NCBI GenBank assembly: GCA_045534635.1 | Contig: JAZSKB010000038.1 | Span: 7,778 to 71,777 of the forward strand | Reading direction: 5' to 3' | Length of the DNA: 64,000 nucleotides | Source: Bacteroidales bacterium | Lineage (GTDB): Bacteria; Bacteroidota; Bacteroidia; Bacteroidales; WCHB1-69 | In this document: positions 37,501 through 46,220 of the stretch, in pieces | Layout: every line of letters starts with the position of its first letter | Numbering within the stretch: the stretch's first letter is position 1 | The notes under the pieces: generated by a model | Databases searched by the model: none | Told to the model about the DNA's origin: nothing | The model's input: the letters and a program-made list of their open reading frames with translations, nothing else | Translations under genes and position numbers: made by a program

Positions 37501-40500
37501 AAATCAGAATTTTACGATTACGATTCTTTAAAAAGATTTGTTACTGTCAAAAGAACTCTGTACAATTTTACTGAATTTTGGGATTACGATTGTTGGGGAA
37601 ATATTTTGACTTACACCGATATAAACAACAATACAACAAGTTACGATTACGATGGTTTTGGCAGAATCAAAAATATTTATTATCCTGACGGAGTTCATGA
37701 ACATTTTACCTATTCTATGGATAATCTTTTAGGTATTGACATTGCTGACATCAAATATTCTATTATGAAAAGAAGAAACAATACTATTGTTTCTATTGCT
37801 TATTTTGATGCTCTTCTCAATGAAATTTTAACAAAAAATATCAATAGTTTTGTTAGAAAAAAATACGATATTAAAGGAAGATTGATTGCGGTTTCTTATC
37901 CTTTTATTGCAAGTAAATCTCCAACAAATTGGCATACATATACTTACAATGCTATGGACTTGCTTCAAAGGGAAGTTTCGCCTTTGGTTAACTATCAATA
38001 TAATTATCAATGTTTTGCTTCTAATAACACTATTAAAACTTCTATTAATGATAAGTTAAGGGAAACTATCAGCACTAAAACGGTTTTAGCTAATGGTTTG
38101 GTTGATAAAATTGAAATTGATGTCAACGGGGACAATTACAACGTTACTTCTTTTAGTTATTCCGCTGAAAAAGTAAACAATATTTCTGTTATGAAAACTT
38201 CTATCGTTACCAATAACGCTTCTTCGACTTCTATTTTTACCGATTTCAGAAATAGACAAATTAAAACCGTTGATTCTGACGCTGGTACAACAAATTCCTC
38301 TTACAACGATTTCGATGAACTTGTTGCTCACACCGATGCTAACAATATCACGGCTTATTATACTTACGATAGCATTAGCAGAGTTACTTCCATTGCTTAC
38401 GACGATGGCTCGGTGATTGAATACACTTACGATAGTAACAATTGTAAAGGAACGCTTTCTAAAGAAGTTTTTAACAATAACGCTATTGAGTATTTTTACG
38501 ATTCTTTGGCAAGAATTTTAAGAAAAACATATATTGTTGACAATCTGAATTTTACATACAATTATGCTTACGATAATCTGGGTAGATTGAATCAAATCGT
38601 TTATCCTAATAATATAAAAATCAATTATTTACATAACTCTTACGACCAACTTGAAGAAATTAAACTCAATGATGAAAGTATTTATAAAATTATAACAAGA
38701 GATGCTCGCTATCTTAAACCAACTTCTTTACAATTGGGAAAAAATCACGGAAAAGCATTTACTTTCAATCATTTAGGTCAATTGACGGAAAATGTTTGCA
38801 AAAAAGGAAAAACAAACACCATTTTTAATAACAATAATCAACATTATCAAGAGGTTAACTCCGCTAAAATTGAAGAGGTTAAGTTAAAAAACAACAAACA
38901 AAAATCTTTCCTTTCTAATTCTGCCTCTATGAATTTACCAACTTCTTTTACATTTACAGATACTACTATCTTTGAAAAATATTATTATTATAATCTATTC
39001 ATTCCTAATAGATTATCATCAATTTCAGAGAACAAACCGATAAATTTGCCCTCAGAACAGCCTATTAATGCTTATGATACAAAACCTTTTCAATCTGAAG
39101 AGTATTTTAGATACGATAATTTAGATAGATTAACGACAAATGAACGGAATATTGTCCGTGATGTTTGGATAGCAAGATTTGACAATCCGACGAATGGATT
39201 TTATGTTAAAATGGACGGAAGAGATACTTTGCAAGAACTTCTCTACGATAAAACAAAAATGATTGAAAATTCTGCTGTCGGCACTTTCTCTTATGATAAT
39301 AAATCTCACGCTATCAATTCGGTACAACCAATAAATGATTCTGTTATTAGTCCCGCTACTTGCAATATTGCTTACAACATTTTTAACAAAACACAAACAA
39401 TAACAGAAGATAAAAAACGTTATGATATTACATATTTCCCTAACCAACAGCGGGCTATGACAACTTACACGTTTAACGGTATAGAGCAAGAAAAGAAAAT
39501 TTATGCAGGTGTGGAGTTTGAGAAAAATCTCTCTTCCAACACCACATATTCTTATATCTACGCTGGAAATGAACCGATTGCCGTTTATATACAAAACGAT
39601 AGCAACAAACTTTATTATTTGCATTCGGTTCTCAATGGTAGCATCTCTTATATTACTGATACAGAAGGAAATAAAGTGGATACACTTTCTTACACGCCTT
39701 TTGGACAAAGAAGAATGTTCTCCGATTGGAGCAAAACAGACACCGCTAAACACCTTATTGACAGAGGTTTTACTGGACAGCAACATTTGGATAACTTTGC
39801 CCTTATTAACTTTAACGGTAGAATGTACGACCCTGTTTTGGCTCACTTTTTAAGTCCTGACCCGTACATACAAAACCCAGAAAACCCACTAAACCACAAT
39901 AGATATTCCTATTGCTTGTTCTCTCCGCTGCAATATGTGGACCCGACAGGATTGCTGATATGGCATCCCGATAAAAATGGTAATTTAGTAGCAGACCCAG
40001 GAGATGATTATAATACTTTAAAAACATATTTAATCACTATATATGGAGATGAAAGTAAAATCCCTGCCTCTGAATGGGATTACTTTAAATCTCAAATTGA
40101 TAATTATCTACTCTCTACTGGTGGAACTGATTTAACAGGTATGCAACTTTCTTCAGAAATGGGAACATTTGAAAATTTAGTCGGAAAATTTCTTGTAACA
40201 AGATTTAATGAAAATCAAGATTGGGGTCTTCCAGAAAATCCTGATTATCATGAATGTTCTCCTACTACATTCAATAGAGTAAATTTGGCAACCGAATTTG
40301 TTTATGGAAAGAAAATGTTAGGTAAATTTGGTTGGAATAATTCCATTTATAGTAGTTGGAATGGACATTCCAAAGATAGTTATCCAACATGGGGAGCTCC
40401 AATAATTGCACATTTAGGGTTAGGGCAGTCTGTAAACAAAAATGATTTTCAAAGTGGATTACTACCTGGTGCTATAATTGGATTACAGAGTATTTATTAT

Positions 40501-40641
40501 AATGGAGGTCATTCATCAATTTTTATTGGATATCTAGGGAATAGCATAATTGAATGGGGACATACTGGAAAATATATAAGAAATATTAATGATAGTGATT
40601 TCCATAGTAAGAGAATAGTGAGAGCAACAAATTTCAAATGA
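34567..40641 (+). CDS. Rhs/YD-repeat polymorphic toxin, fused TcB-TcC-like (SpvB N-domain, FG-GAP repeats, Rhs shell, core, variable C-terminal toxin).
   Basis: Signal peptide. SpvB-like GGLQCRIPLSLPSGGAGLTPELSIVYNSQ. FG-GAP DINGDGVLE/DVNGDGISD/DLNGDGCDD/DINNDGIVD. Many YD repeats (YDYDGFGRI, YTYDSISRV). Core end DPVLAHFLSPDPY...YVDPTGL (to 39954). CT domain at 39955-40641 with HECSPTTF and GGHSSIFIGY. Confidence 0.9.
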   Translation: MENYKKISKKYILVLFCISSILSIQGQSFVGTQIEVNNTDQGGLQCRIPLSLPSGGAGLTPELSIVYNSQSHSGIIGNGWDLGGLSAIVRTPKNLYYDGKISAITLDTFDRFSLDGQRLLVTNKKQYGNESCIYGTEEESFVRITSKNYSYHVPQYFIATMDNGNVARYQASEMNAKLHWYIDSLADKNGNYIRYHFKSENNFLRIDSIAYTGNHFAGIKPYNKIEFLYDTCLNFNNIRYVAQMEIIQRFLLKEIVVKSQGEIVRRYQLKYENFNNSFPRLIQVLEIGSDNKPFKPIKLEYLYNNSEFQQWEDEGFKITSPVQRLMCGNFYSSDTTTFIRARLYEGKILYGDKNEKGGIIGPWRHPAGGNYLAVTFNAFTCDIDANHSDEILFNVAISTKNNSIYDKGMVYWCRYENNGGKYQWTARQLQENTNPNQVVFGNFDDNPLLDYIFVKDGKLYVHPNFCDSRYTASATTISISEYEKLESVDINGDGVLELMVIPPSNGGRVYKNANSVNINFQILNCNIPNLFFNRDYRFHVYFGDVNGDGISDMIRPLPKRNWIPEDTIFWSVNLGTGNGFSSVVYSSSIRFYPTHSESTSLQLLDLNGDGCDDFIVGSDIKGLNSYTAISAYISNSFCLTNMMLREFHTTQIMNSTFNLIAKDNMMNVPYCYTDINNDGIVDFTCVHYKEGHLIGVISKKYPMTLLNKITDTWGNIYTITYEHKNLRPAFNGKVNKIHHGQKTNVVLLKNIKLTKNDEAKTIIFNKHFTYNSSVYNYNKRAFLGFLNIQTIDTIQAYQEISTYEYNSSFQRVLPKTYRKTAIASENILNNNIIHNYTYTNAIQGLTNGLTKTYQSAINLIDNGISKTMTTSIDISSGRISKTTSAYNGQWKEETSFTYGEAALADGRKLTKVVQERHWKQIANTLENNYLKDTTFYIYNNGDPIVVQTRQDGQMFTTRFDYDFTFGVLKSKSIGSTTSKSEFYDYDSLKRFVTVKRTLYNFTEFWDYDCWGNILTYTDINNNTTSYDYDGFGRIKNIYYPDGVHEHFTYSMDNLLGIDIADIKYSIMKRRNNTIVSIAYFDALLNEILTKNINSFVRKKYDIKGRLIAVSYPFIASKSPTNWHTYTYNAMDLLQREVSPLVNYQYNYQCFASNNTIKTSINDKLRETISTKTVLANGLVDKIEIDVNGDNYNVTSFSYSAEKVNNISVMKTSIVTNNASSTSIFTDFRNRQIKTVDSDAGTTNSSYNDFDELVAHTDANNITAYYTYDSISRVTSIAYDDGSVIEYTYDSNNCKGTLSKEVFNNNAIEYFYDSLARILRKTYIVDNLNFTYNYAYDNLGRLNQIVYPNNIKINYLHNSYDQLEEIKLNDESIYKIITRDARYLKPTSLQLGKNHGKAFTFNHLGQLTENVCKKGKTNTIFNNNNQHYQEVNSAKIEEVKLKNNKQKSFLSNSASMNLPTSFTFTDTTIFEKYYYYNLFIPNRLSSISENKPINLPSEQPINAYDTKPFQSEEYFRYDNLDRLTTNERNIVRDVWIARFDNPTNGFYVKMDGRDTLQELLYDKTKMIENSAVGTFSYDNKSHAINSVQPINDSVISPATCNIAYNIFNKTQTITEDKKRYDITYFPNQQRAMTTYTFNGIEQEKKIYAGVEFEKNLSSNTTYSYIYAGNEPIAVYIQNDSNKLYYLHSVLNGSISYITDTEGNKVDTLSYTPFGQRRMFSDWSKTDTAKHLIDRGFTGQQHLDNFALINFNGRMYDPVLAHFLSPDPYIQNPENPLNHNRYSYCLFSPLQYVDPTGLLIWHPDKNGNLVADPGDDYNTLKTYLITIYGDESKIPASEWDYFKSQIDNYLLSTGGTDLTGMQLSSEMGTFENLVGKFLVTRFNENQDWGLPENPDYHECSPTTFNRVNLATEFVYGKKMLGKFGWNNSIYSSWNGHSKDSYPTWGAPIIAHLGLGQSVNKNDFQSGLLPGAIIGLQSIYYNGGHSSIFIGYLGNSIIEWGHTGKYIRNINDSDFHSKRIVRATNFK
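39829..39960 (+). repeat. Rhs core-end recombination box, copy 1 (in the main gene).
   Basis: This 132 bp encodes DPVLAHFLSPDPYIQNPENPLNHNRYSYCLFSPLQYVDPTGLLI. It is repeated at 41476-41607 and partly at 43585-43671. Confidence 0.85.
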
Positions 40642-41417
40642 AAAAAATTTATTTTATACAAATTTTGTTAGTCGTTAGTATTGTTTGTACAGGACAATCC
40701 AAAATTATCATTGACGAATATCTGATAAAAAGAACGATAACCAATGATATTTTTTACCAATGGAACATCAATGGCATTACATTTACACTTGAATCAGCAG
40801 ATATAGCAATTCATCCACATAATAAGGGATTGGATACCATTTATTTTCAAAAAACAGTGAACGCACATACATACTATGACACTATTTTCTGCAACATACC
40901 TAACAATACATCGTTACTCATGACCATTGGATGTTGTGATGATGGGTTTGACATGGTCAAAAAAGAAGATTATGACCAACTTTGCAAAAAACAATCCTTA
41001 GATAGTGATTCTGCATATTCTCTATATCTTAATTCTTTGGATTATGGATGGTTGAAATTTGTGGTAAAAAATAAGCCCAAATCAGACACGTTGATTTTCA
41101 CTTATAACAAACCCTATGTAAATTTTGGTCAAATGATTACAACAAAAAAAGATTATGGTTGGGTAACACCTTGTAAATTTGGATATATTGACAACATTAT
41201 ACGCATAGACATCTTCAAAAAGACTAAAAACATGTCTTTGACAACTTATGCGGACGATTTAGATTGCTCTAAAGGAACAGATGTTATGGTATGGGATATA
41301 GAAGATGAATCTCATGAAAGTATAAAATCATTCGGCTTACGTATATTTGACAAAAAAAATGTTATCATTCAATATGATTATGCTAATGGAGAATTACAAT
41401 TACAAATCGATGAATAA
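40638..41417 (+). CDS. Candidate cognate immunity protein (exported).
   Basis: ATGA overlap with the rhs stop. Signal peptide MKKIYFIQILLVVSIVCTGQS. Its position immediately 3' of the toxin tip is typical of immunity genes. Confidence 0.6.
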   Translation: MKKIYFIQILLVVSIVCTGQSKIIIDEYLIKRTITNDIFYQWNINGITFTLESADIAIHPHNKGLDTIYFQKTVNAHTYYDTIFCNIPNNTSLLMTIGCCDDGFDMVKKEDYDQLCKKQSLDSDSAYSLYLNSLDYGWLKFVVKNKPKSDTLIFTYNKPYVNFGQMITTKKDYGWVTPCKFGYIDNIIRIDIFKKTKNMSLTTYADDLDCSKGTDVMVWDIEDESHESIKSFGLRIFDKKNVIIQYDYANGELQLQIDE

Positions 41418-41426
41418 AACAAATAT

Positions 41427-42221
41427 ATGCAAATCTTTTATACACTATACAACACAACAACAACCGACCCTGTTTTAGCACACTTCCTCTCCCCTGACCC
41501 TTATATCCAATCCCCCGAAAACCCGCTGAACTACAATAGATATTCTTATTGTTTGTTTTCTCCATTGCAATATGTTGACCCGAGCGGATTGCTGATAGAT
41601 GAATGGGAAGTTAATATTAATGGTAAAATAAAGTGGGTAAGAGAAAGTAAAACTCATGTTTTATATTCTGTTGATGCCAATGGTGACCGTACAGGAGAAT
41701 TTGTTGTTCTAAAAAATAGAGATATTCTTGACCAACTTGTTGAATCTGGAAAGCAAAATAAATATAAACTTTCTTTTGCAATTGGCTCCGAATCTGACCA
41801 AACTGATATGATAAAAGCATTCAAATTTTTGGCTGACCATACGGATGTTGAATGGCGTTTAGACAGATTCCGCAACGAAAACGGAGGCAATGACTATTCT
41901 ATTGGGACATCACATGATGCAGATATATCACCTTCCGCCAGTGATATGGGACACTCAAGTTCTTCTGTGATAGCTTTAATTCATTCTCATCCAAATATTA
42001 CTCCTATAAATGAAAAAGCTAGTATGGGCTTTAAAATAGGAAATGTCACGTATGGAGATATGGCTGTTAAATATAATACTTATCCCAATAGTCTTTATTA
42101 TATGTATGCTCCTACTTCTGGAAATATATGGGAAATTCGCAATTATGGTCAATCTCCCCGTTTCATTAAACAAACCCATAATTATAAAGATTTTCTTTTT
42201 GGAACATTAAACACTCGATAA
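41427..42221 (+). CDS. Orphan rhs C-terminal cassette 1 (core-end box + alternative toxin domain).
   Basis: It begins with DPVLAHFLSPDPYIQSPENPLNYNRYSYCLFSPLQYVDPSGL, then an unrelated ~200-aa domain containing ALIHSHPNITPINEKAS. Confidence 0.75.
   Translation: MQIFYTLYNTTTTDPVLAHFLSPDPYIQSPENPLNYNRYSYCLFSPLQYVDPSGLLIDEWEVNINGKIKWVRESKTHVLYSVDANGDRTGEFVVLKNRDILDQLVESGKQNKYKLSFAIGSESDQTDMIKAFKFLADHTDVEWRLDRFRNENGGNDYSIGTSHDADISPSASDMGHSSSSVIALIHSHPNITPINEKASMGFKIGNVTYGDMAVKYNTYPNSLYYMYAPTSGNIWEIRNYGQSPRFIKQTHNYKDFLFGTLNTR
41476..41607 (+). repeat. Rhs core-end recombination box, copy 2.
   Basis: It aligns colinearly with 39829-39960, 132 bp each. The encoded 44 aa differ at 3 positions. Confidence 0.85.
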
Positions 42222-42223
42222 GT

Positions 42224-42832
42224 ATGTACAAATTAATAATAATCTTTCTTTTCTCTCTTTTTTTTATTGTTAGTAGTTGTCATAGAGAAAATATTTATGA
42301 TGAAAAAATAATTTCCAATTCAGATTTTTCTTTAGAAAAAGATATTTCCAAGTTTTCTGAAACGATGAAAGACGAGGATACTATATTCGTTTGTGCAGAT
42401 TTATCTGTTTGCATGCTAAGACTGAAATATTACAATCGTATAACAAAGAATCATGATACCATATATATAGAAACAACATCCATAGACAATACAGAAAACA
42501 ATGATGGAATTATAATTAATCATGGAAAAACAATTTATACAAAAAATCCCAATGATTCCCTAAATTTAGAAGATATGATTTGCTATATACAAAAAAACGC
42601 AAATAAAGACAAAGATTTATATCGTCCAACATTACAAATCACACATAATAATGATACGCTTTCATATCAATTAAATGGTATATTAAAAATTTTAGACCTT
42701 ACACATTATTATATTACCATCATGGAAAAATTTTATCCAATAGAAGAAATATATCCATTTTATGAAATCATAAACAATGAAAAAAATAATCATAAAATTG
42801 ATAGTATTGTTCCTCATTATGAAATAAAATAA
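42224..42832 (+). CDS. Candidate immunity lipoprotein for orphan cassette 1.
   Basis: It starts 2 nt after the orphan stop. Signal peptide with lipobox (FFIVSSC). Confidence 0.55.
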   Translation: MYKLIIIFLFSLFFIVSSCHRENIYDEKIISNSDFSLEKDISKFSETMKDEDTIFVCADLSVCMLRLKYYNRITKNHDTIYIETTSIDNTENNDGIIINHGKTIYTKNPNDSLNLEDMICYIQKNANKDKDLYRPTLQITHNNDTLSYQLNGILKILDLTHYYITIMEKFYPIEEIYPFYEIINNEKNNHKIDSIVPHYEIK

Positions 42833-42847
42833 TAAAAAAGTAGAAAA

Positions 42848-43561
42848 ATGAAATTAAAAAAACTTTTTTTATCTGTAACAATAAATATAGTGTTGATAAT
42901 CGCATTATCTATTAGTTTATATTGTATTATAAAGCAAAGGCAGGTCATAAGAACTACTATTGAAATAATAGAAGAAATGACAAAAGAAACAAAAGAAGAC
43001 TTTGCTAATGATTTTCAATATTTTGAAATGCAAAAATCTTTCATTGAAGAAGATATAGATTCTTTTTATCTGAAAAAAAATGAAAATATTGATAATGTAA
43101 AAAAGTATTATGAAGCAACAATAGGTTTTCATACTGAAAATAAATTGGTTTTTAACACAATAAAACGGATGTCTCCACAATCAATGCATTATGAATTATT
43201 CTCAAAACTAATAGAATATCAATTCATTACAAGAATAACAAAAAAGGGCTATACAAGTTTCTTTTGGTTAGATGGTGTTGGAATAAATATCATATCCAAA
43301 CAAGATACGATTAATTTAGGGGAAAAGTATGTATCTGAATTTATTCTTTCGGGAGATATTTTTAACAAAAAACAAAATCCTATAATTGTAATGGACAGTG
43401 ATACACTGATGGTTTATGACAACTTTTTTTATGGTTCTTATCAATTTATGGAAAACACTGAAAAAAGAGGAACTATCAAACATCAAGGTTATATGACATT
43501 TTTTCATCCGTCAATGGGGACAACTAAACTTCCTATAGATTTTGAATATTATGTAAAATAA
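42848..43561 (+). CDS. Membrane-anchored hypothetical protein (second immunity-like gene with no adjacent toxin).
   Basis: N-terminal TM helix (LFLSVTINIVLIIALSISLYCII). It lies between immunity candidate 2 and orphan fragment 2. Confidence 0.5.
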   Translation: MKLKKLFLSVTINIVLIIALSISLYCIIKQRQVIRTTIEIIEEMTKETKEDFANDFQYFEMQKSFIEEDIDSFYLKKNENIDNVKKYYEATIGFHTENKLVFNTIKRMSPQSMHYELFSKLIEYQFITRITKKGYTSFFWLDGVGINIISKQDTINLGEKYVSEFILSGDIFNKKQNPIIVMDSDTLMVYDNFFYGSYQFMENTEKRGTIKHQGYMTFFHPSMGTTKLPIDFEYYVK

Positions 43562-43566
43562 TAAAA

Positions 43567-43845
43567 ATGACAAATACTTTCACCTATATCCAATCCCCCG
43601 AAAACCCACTAAAACACAATAGATATTCCTATTGCCTGTTCTCACCTTTGCAGTATGTTGACCCGAGTGGGGAGATGTATAACCCTATTTTTGATTGGCA
43701 AGGCAATTTTCTTGGAACTGACGATAGAGGAATACAAGGAGAAGCAATTATTATGAATAAATGGGATTTTGTTCAAAACATGTCTCACGAAGAGACTTTG
43801 AAAAAAGGAATTAAAAGAAGCGAATTGCCTGAAATCGAATTCTAA
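43567..43845 (+). pseudogene. Truncated orphan rhs C-terminal cassette 2.
   Basis: It retains only YIQSPENPLKHNRYSYCLFSPLQYVDPSG, then 57 aa, then a stop. No immunity ORF follows. Confidence 0.6.
43585..43671 (+). repeat. Rhs core-end recombination box, copy 3 (5'-truncated).
   Basis: This 87 bp aligns to the 3' two-thirds of copies 1 and 2. Confidence 0.8.
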
Positions 43846-43892
43846 TGTAATAACCTATCTCAAAAAATATCGTAAAAAAATTCAGCAATTTT

Positions 43893-45074
43893 TTAAAACC
43901 ATGCAAGCAAATACGAAAGAGCAACACCTAAATAAGTTCCTACAGCATAACCTACCAATCCAATAACGAGACCACTTATCAATACTTTTTTATTTCCCAT
44001 TGCCCCTACCACAGGAGGAACAAAAGGAGGAGAACACAATAATGCAATATTCGATACGGTAAACAAATCTCCATCAATTTTTACAAAACGACAAAATAAA
44101 ATATGTAAAACAACGGCAGTCAACATTATAAACAAAATAAAACAAAGCAATGTAAATGCCGAAGTATTTAATGCTGTAATATCAAATTGAGAGGCTACAA
44201 CAATACTAAAAATTAATATCAATAGCATTCCTAATTCAAATGTTTTTGGCAAATTACGTATTTTTTTTGAACAAGAGGCTACAATTGCCAATGTTGTTAC
44301 TGTCATTATAATTATCAATTCACTCAATTTACCTGTTAAATATATTGATAGACAAACTCCTACCAACAAAAATACTATTGACAAAAGAAATGCAAACATT
44401 GTTTTTGGAAAAATATTTTTATTCAACATATTTGCATAATTTTCTTCTCCACAATCTATAGTTGTTACATCTTTTTCTTCTGATTTTATTTGTATTTTAT
44501 TTGAAAATGGCAACAAACGACGAAATAATTTATATCCACCTGCTACTATAAACAATATTAAAGGGAATGTTACCAACATTTCAAAAGTATAAACCAAAGT
44601 AACAATATTTGAATTGACATGAAGAATTGAAGCCAAAGCAAAAAAATTCATAGAACCTCCTGTATAAATACCCACCATCATTGATGAAACATTTGCCAAA
44701 TCGGTGATTCCTTTATCTTGGAATACAAAAAATGCTAATACAATTGCTATTACAATAGAAATAATTCCTCCAGCAAGTGTTATCATTGTTTTGGGTAAAG
44801 ATTTTGACCATAATTTAAAATCCGAACCAAACAACATTAATGGTATTGCTAATGGTACTGTCAAATTCATTATCCATTTTTGAATTGTTGACAATGTTAC
44901 AAACTCTGCCGAACCTATTTCAAAAGCAACCATTCCCGTCAACGACATTAACAATCCCACAAAATAAGACATTATTACCGTACCTATCTTTTGAAAAAAT
45001 TTCCACTTGTGAAAAATTGATACTATAATGATTGGAAATATTAAATAAATGGTTGTTATGAGAATCAATCGCAT
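43893..45074 (-). CDS. Polytopic membrane protein, DUF819-like.
   Basis: About 10-12 hydrophobic helices. The N-terminal pattern FHKWKFFQKIGTVIMSYFVGL is recalled as DUF819-like. The family call is tentative. Confidence 0.5.
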   Translation of the reverse strand: MRLILITTIYLIFPIIIVSIFHKWKFFQKIGTVIMSYFVGLLMSLTGMVAFEIGSAEFVTLSTIQKWIMNLTVPLAIPLMLFGSDFKLWSKSLPKTMITLAGGIISIVIAIVLAFFVFQDKGITDLANVSSMMVGIYTGGSMNFFALASILHVNSNIVTLVYTFEMLVTFPLILFIVAGGYKLFRRLLPFSNKIQIKSEEKDVTTIDCGEENYANMLNKNIFPKTMFAFLLSIVFLLVGVCLSIYLTGKLSELIIIMTVTTLAIVASCSKKIRNLPKTFELGMLLILIFSIVVASQFDITALNTSAFTLLCFILFIMLTAVVLHILFCRFVKIDGDLFTVSNIALLCSPPFVPPVVGAMGNKKVLISGLVIGLVGYAVGTYLGVALSYLLAWF

Positions 45075-45176
45075 AAATATTTATATTTTTTACAAATCTT
45101 TAAATTATTGCATTTGTTTACAACTATTTTTTGACTATTTGCAAAAGTAGCAAAAAAAATATTACCTTTGCAAAAG

Positions 45177-46217
45177 ATGAATAAGAAAAAAATTTTTATA
45201 ATTATTGCCTTTATGGCACTGATTTTTACCACAATAGCAATTGTTGGTGCTTATATTGCTTATCGTTCTATTTTCAAAGACAATATCAAAAAAAGTAACG
45301 ATACGTTGTTTTACATTCCTACTGGTGCAAATTTTGAAGACATTGTTTTACAATTACAAAATGAAGATTTGCTCATTGATGAAAATTCTTTTATATGGGT
45401 AGCCCAAAAGAAAAATTATCCTCAAAAAATAAAAAGTGGTTGCTATCTCATTAAAGCTAATATGAGCAACAACGAATTGGTGAATATGCTTCGTGGAGGA
45501 TTACAAAATCCTATCAAACTAACATTCAATAACATACGAACAAAAGAAGATTTTTCCAAATGTATTGCAGCACAATTGGAATTTTCTGAAGAAGAATTAT
45601 TGTCATTGCTCAACAACGATACTTTTTTGTTGCAATATGGTTTAAACAGCGAAACAGCATTAACACTTTTTTTACCTAATACTTACGAATTTTGGTGGAA
45701 TACCTCTGCAAAGAAATTCATTGAAAGAATGAATCAAGAATTTCATAAATTTTGGAACAAAAGTCGCTCTTCTAAAGCTGCCGCTATTCCATTTTCCCCA
45801 ATAGAAGTAAGTATTTTAGCGGCTATTGTCGAAGAAGAAAACTCACTTTCTGACGAACAACCTATCATTGCTGGATTGTATATCAATCGATTACGAAAAG
45901 GAATGTTGTTACAAGCAGACCCAACATTAAAATATGCTCTCGGCGATTTTGCCATAAAACGATTGCTTAACAAAGATAAAACAATAGACTCGCCATACAA
46001 TACTTATCTTTATGCTGGTTTGCCTCCAGGACCTATCAGAATTCCTTCTATACAAGCCATTGAGGCAGTATTGAATTACGAACGACATAATTATTTGTAT
46101 ATGTGTGCAAAAGAAGATTTTTCTGGACAACATAATTTTGCGGTATCCTTATCCGCTCATGAAAACAATGCTCAGAAATATCGCAATGCTCTCAATCAAA
46201 AAGGAATAAAAAGATAA
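45177..46217 (+). CDS. mltG: Endolytic murein transglycosylase MltG (YceG-like).
   Basis: N-terminal TM helix. ILAAIVEEE, LQADPTLKYALGD and SPYNTYLYAGLPPGPIRIPS motifs. The start is set at ATG 45177, because the TACCTTTG box at 45163-45170 overlaps the track's TTG start. Confidence 0.85.
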   Translation: MNKKKIFIIIAFMALIFTTIAIVGAYIAYRSIFKDNIKKSNDTLFYIPTGANFEDIVLQLQNEDLLIDENSFIWVAQKKNYPQKIKSGCYLIKANMSNNELVNMLRGGLQNPIKLTFNNIRTKEDFSKCIAAQLEFSEEELLSLLNNDTFLLQYGLNSETALTLFLPNTYEFWWNTSAKKFIERMNQEFHKFWNKSRSSKAAAIPFSPIEVSILAAIVEEENSLSDEQPIIAGLYINRLRKGMLLQADPTLKYALGDFAIKRLLNKDKTIDSPYNTYLYAGLPPGPIRIPSIQAIEAVLNYERHNYLYMCAKEDFSGQHNFAVSLSAHENNAQKYRNALNQKGIKR

Positions 46218-46220
46218 ACA

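Noticed and set aside
39130-39846. 238-aa minus-strand ORF inside the rhs gene. The same applies to other antisense or alternate-frame ORFs in the track, for example 8260-8709, 13762-14094, 9307-9630, 35696-36022 and 51495-51773.
   Set aside because: They lie entirely within long, motif-supported genes on the opposite strand or in another frame. Their products are low-complexity (F/I/L/S/C-rich), as expected from AT-rich shadow frames. They have no promoter boxes.
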